A DNA stretch of 17,563 nt from an uncultured Gammaproteobacteria bacterium (GTDB lineage: Bacteria > Patescibacteriota > Microgenomatia > UBA8517): positions 1 to 17,563 of the forward strand of contig CAZGHY010000011.1 of NCBI GenBank assembly GCA_964526015.1, written 5' to 3'. The notes beneath the pieces are model-generated. The model ran no database searches, had not been told where the DNA came from, and saw only the letters and a program-made list of their open reading frames with translations. Shown here one piece after another: positions 15,253-17,563 of this stretch. The stretch's first letter is position 1, and every line of letters starts with the position of its first letter. Both the position numbers and the translations under genes were made by a program.

Positions 15253-15918
15253 TTAAAACGGAATATCATTAATATCTATATCATCTTCAGGATAATCAAC
15301 AGAGCTTGGTTCTTCATTTCCAATTTGGATTGTAGGAATTTCTGCATCTTGTTTCTTCTTCTCTTGATATTCAATTTCCTCTACTTGTTTTTTGTTTAAG
15401 AACTCTTGAACTTTCTGTTTCATTTCAGGATTTTCTTCAACTTGTTTCTTTTGCCACTTTTTAAGACTATCTATGATGTCACGAATAGGTGTAAGTGCTC
15501 CTAATTGTTCCAAAATTGCGTCTGAGAGAGGATAATCTCCCATAGCGAGGACATCTGTCGAAACTTCCTTTGTACTTGCTTTATCGGTCTTTAAATTGAT
15601 TTCGTAAGGCATTGGAAAACCTGTAAATGCTGTTCTTGTTCCTTCTGATAATGCTGAAATCTTATTTGCTGTCGTATATGAGAAATCAGTTATCTTAATT
15701 TGATTGTCCACTGTGTCCAAGATATAACATTTGTATTTTCTTCCTCCATATTTTCCATAAGGAGCACCTTCATAAACCATTCCTAAACCAAATACAGTTG
15801 AAAAGCCAACAGGGTTTGTAAGAATTATAATTCTATTGTCCCCATTTTTTAATTTAAACTTTTCTGCTCTATCACTTTCTCTTTTATTTTGTTCTAAATC
15901 CTTTTTAAAATCGTCCAT
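15253..15918 (-). CDS. phage single-stranded DNA-binding protein (T7 gp2.5-like) with an acidic C-terminal tail ending DIPF (221 aa)
   Basis: C-terminus ...DYPEDDIDINDIPF is the acidic tail with a terminal aromatic residue typical of SSBs. The internal GGRKYKCYILD resembles the gp2.5 FKFKCYASF strand. Its position next to a nuclease gene is typical for this family. Confidence 0.5.
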   Translation of the reverse strand: MDDFKKDLEQNKRESDRAEKFKLKNGDNRIIILTNPVGFSTVFGLGMVYEGAPYGKYGGRKYKCYILDTVDNQIKITDFSYTTANKISALSEGTRTAFTGFPMPYEINLKTDKASTKEVSTDVLAMGDYPLSDAILEQLGALTPIRDIIDSLKKWQKKQVEENPEMKQKVQEFLNKKQVEEIEYQEKKKQDAEIPTIQIGNEEPSSVDYPEDDIDINDIPF

Positions 15919-15930
15919 AATATTTAATAA

Positions 15931-16977
15931 TTAATCTTCTAATAGTTCATCATCTTCGATTTCAATCAATGGTTGATTTTTCTCTAAAGTTTTAATTATC
16001 TCTCCCAAGTCAAAGCCTTCTGATTTTATATCTTCTAAGGCTTCAAGGTTCTTGGGAGTCATTTTTTGTTTTTTTGCTACTCTTCCTAAAACTCTGTTCC
16101 AACTGGAAACTCGTTTACTAACTAAATCTTTATATTCTTCTGGATGTTCAAACCCATAAAGTTTTGTTAGAAAGTTTGAATATTGGACATTAAAGTTTGT
16201 AGAAAATCTTAATGTTTCTTCTTCAAAAAGGAAAAGTGGCTCAAGTTCTGGTCTAATATCATCTAAATAATATTTAGACACTCTTTTAACTTTCTCTGTA
16301 TATTTATCAAGTAACTTTTGGTCATTTGGAAAGATAGGTATTTCATACATTCTCCAATCATCTCGGGATATGTAACAAATAGCTGCTTCCTTTTGTAAAC
16401 CATAAGCATAGTGGAATGCTTGTAAGTCATGTCCTGCTATTGGTTTACCTGTTTTTTCAATTTTATTAAATCCTTGAACCGCCAGCGACTTTACCTCTAG
16501 TATTTTTTCTTGTAATCCTTCTGGATATTTTTGTTTAAAATATTCAATAAGATTATTTGAAATAACTGAGAATAAAGGTGGCAATTCTAGCAATCTAATA
16601 AGTTCATCAATTTCATTTTGTCCTTTATTAAAGTCGGGTTTTCCTCCTGCAATAAAATCTAATTTACCACTGACTTCAATACAATTGTCTATTGTAATTT
16701 TTACAGGCGTTTGTGTTGCCACATATATACCAGTTTTTACTAAGACAAGTTTTACAAACCATTCCGTTAAATCTCCTGCATTGAATTTGCGATGTGCTCT
16801 TTCATCAGGATTATTTGAAGGTTCTTCACCTTTTAATTTTAAGAATATATCTATATCAGAACGACCAAGTTCAGATGCATACATTCTATTTCTAGGTTCA
16901 GTTTTTCTTGGTTCACTCATTTTTTGAATAAGCGACTCATTCCACACTTTCATTAATGTCCAATTTTTCTCTTTCAT
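15931..16977 (-). CDS. hypothetical protein, possibly a PD-(D/E)xK-type nuclease or recombination exonuclease partner of the SSB (348 aa)
   Basis: ORF track. It is the first gene after the promoter at 17022-17068. The IDNCIEVSGKLDFIAGGKPDF segment loosely resembles a nuclease core. The call rests mostly on context, so function confidence is low. Confidence 0.55.
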   Translation of the reverse strand: MKEKNWTLMKVWNESLIQKMSEPRKTEPRNRMYASELGRSDIDIFLKLKGEEPSNNPDERAHRKFNAGDLTEWFVKLVLVKTGIYVATQTPVKITIDNCIEVSGKLDFIAGGKPDFNKGQNEIDELIRLLELPPLFSVISNNLIEYFKQKYPEGLQEKILEVKSLAVQGFNKIEKTGKPIAGHDLQAFHYAYGLQKEAAICYISRDDWRMYEIPIFPNDQKLLDKYTEKVKRVSKYYLDDIRPELEPLFLFEEETLRFSTNFNVQYSNFLTKLYGFEHPEEYKDLVSKRVSSWNRVLGRVAKKQKMTPKNLEALEDIKSEGFDLGEIIKTLEKNQPLIEIEDDELLED

Positions 16978-17021
16978 AATTCTTAATTCGTTATTGTTGG
17001 TAACTATCGACCAATATGATA

Positions 17022-17068
17022 ATTATAAACTAAATAGTTTATTTTGTTAATACAAGGGTGTTAATAAC
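17022..17068 (-). promoter_or_regulatory. sigma70-type promoter, leftward. -35 TTAACA (17050..17045), 17-nt spacer AAATAAACTATTTAGTT, -10 TATAAT (17027..17022). Upstream GTTATTAACAC box at 17058-17068.
   Basis: Direct reading. The palindrome AAACTAAATAGTTT (17027-17040) is the reverse-complement version of the one at 8116 and 13793. Confidence 0.6.
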
Positions 17069-17076
17069 TAACCAAA

Positions 17077-17097
17077 AAACCACCCAAATAGGTGGCT
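17077..17097. terminator. GC-rich hairpin CCACC-caaata-GGTGG, flanked by an A6 tract and a T-rich tract. Likely a bidirectional or leftward rho-independent terminator.
   Basis: Near-identical in sequence and context to the 1492-1511 hairpin (AAAAACCACCCA ... TAGGTGG). On the minus strand it is followed by TTTTTTGG. Confidence 0.45.
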
Positions 17098-17170
17098 TCT
17101 TTTCAATATTAATATCTAAGTATTTATTGTTCACTTCTGAACGAAGTTCCATTAAGGAACACAAGATGAT

Positions 17171-17205
17171 GTGTTAATTACTCACATCTACTTTTATGAT
17201 ATAAT
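17171..17205 (+). promoter_or_regulatory. rightward promoter with extended -10 TGaTATAAT (17197-17205) and an upstream GTGTTAAT box (17171-17178)
   Basis: Direct reading. It lies about 30 nt upstream of the only plus-strand gene. Confidence 0.4.
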
Positions 17206-17235
17206 ATTTAAGAAATAAAGTAAATAGTTTATATT

Positions 17236-17442
17236 ATGACACTACAAGAACAAAGGCTACTTGTTATGTTAAACGAGTTCCTTGAAAAAACAAATTTTCA
17301 GGCAATCCATAATGGTGATTGCATTGAAGTAAAAGAATTGGTACTAGTAGAAAATACTGTACCTCAAATAACTCTATTTAGAGAATATTGTACATGCCAT
17401 AATTGTTTAGACAATAAACAGCATGACTGTATTTACAGATAG
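17236..17442 (+). CDS. small Cys/His-rich protein (68 aa), divergently oriented from the leftward gene array. Candidate regulator.
   Basis: ORF track. C-terminal CTCHNC...HDC cluster. It has its own promoter and a downstream hairpin. A half-site TAAATAGTTTAT of the promoter palindrome sits immediately 5' of the ATG. Confidence 0.5.
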   Translation: MTLQEQRLLVMLNEFLEKTNFQAIHNGDCIEVKELVLVENTVPQITLFREYCTCHNCLDNKQHDCIYR

Positions 17443-17445
17443 ACA

Positions 17446-17478
17446 AAAGCCCACCGTAGACGAATATGTGTGGGCTTT
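17446..17478 (+). terminator. hairpin AAAGCCCAC-N15-GTGGGCTTT followed by ACTATTTG. Candidate rho-independent terminator of the rightward gene.
   Basis: 9-bp perfect stem 4 nt after the stop codon. The T-tract is partly inside and partly after the stem. Confidence 0.45.
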
Positions 17479-17563
17479 ACTATTTGCAAACAAAAAAACC
17501 TGCTTTCGCAAGTCTTTCTGTACAGCTAAAAATCAAATATTGTTATTTAAGCTTTCTACTCAG

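Noticed and set aside
1-17563. CRISPR arrays, integrase/att sites, rRNA
   Set aside because: No regularly spaced direct repeats of 24-40 bp. No tyrosine or serine recombinase signatures were seen in the ORF translations. No rRNA-like GC-rich conserved blocks.

Overview
This is an AT-rich (about 30% GC), gene-dense window that looks like part of a tailed-phage genome. Apart from one plus-strand gene at the far right, about 30 ORFs lie head-to-tail on the minus strand. The content resembles an early, DNA-metabolism and host-takeover region.

Recognisable genes:
- A MoxR/CobS-like AAA+ ATPase (6297-7277) next to a 671-aa CobT-like protein with a C-terminal vWA/MIDAS domain (4255-6270).
- A three-gene block of a ParB-like nuclease-domain protein, an FkbM-family SAM methyltransferase and a GT-A-like protein with a DxD motif (8225-10392).
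- An HU/IHF-like DNA-binding protein.
- Three consecutive selfish-nuclease genes: one with NUMOD3 repeats plus a TnsA-like PD-(D/E)xK domain, and two HNH genes in overlapping frames.
- A T7 gp2.5-like SSB with an acidic tail ending in DIPF, preceded by a putative nuclease.
- An SPFH/band-7 membrane protein.
- Many small hypothetical genes, several with Zn ribbons or membrane spans.

Gene starts lack Shine-Dalgarno sequences.

Four copies of a conserved intergenic module carry sigma70-type promoters (TTTACA-N17-TATATT or TTAACA-N17-TATAAT, all reading leftward). Each has a 14-bp palindrome AAACTAWWTAGTTT in the spacer and an upstream GTGTTAATAAC box. Two copies are fused to near-identical ACCACC hairpin terminators.

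Three GC-richer non-coding regions (15-280, 7903-8110 and 14124-14581, plus 15054-15252) carry hairpins and shared short repeats (GGACAGAG, TTAATACCCA). These are candidates for structured RNAs, an origin, or regulator binding sites. All product calls rest on motifs seen in the translations, not on database searches.
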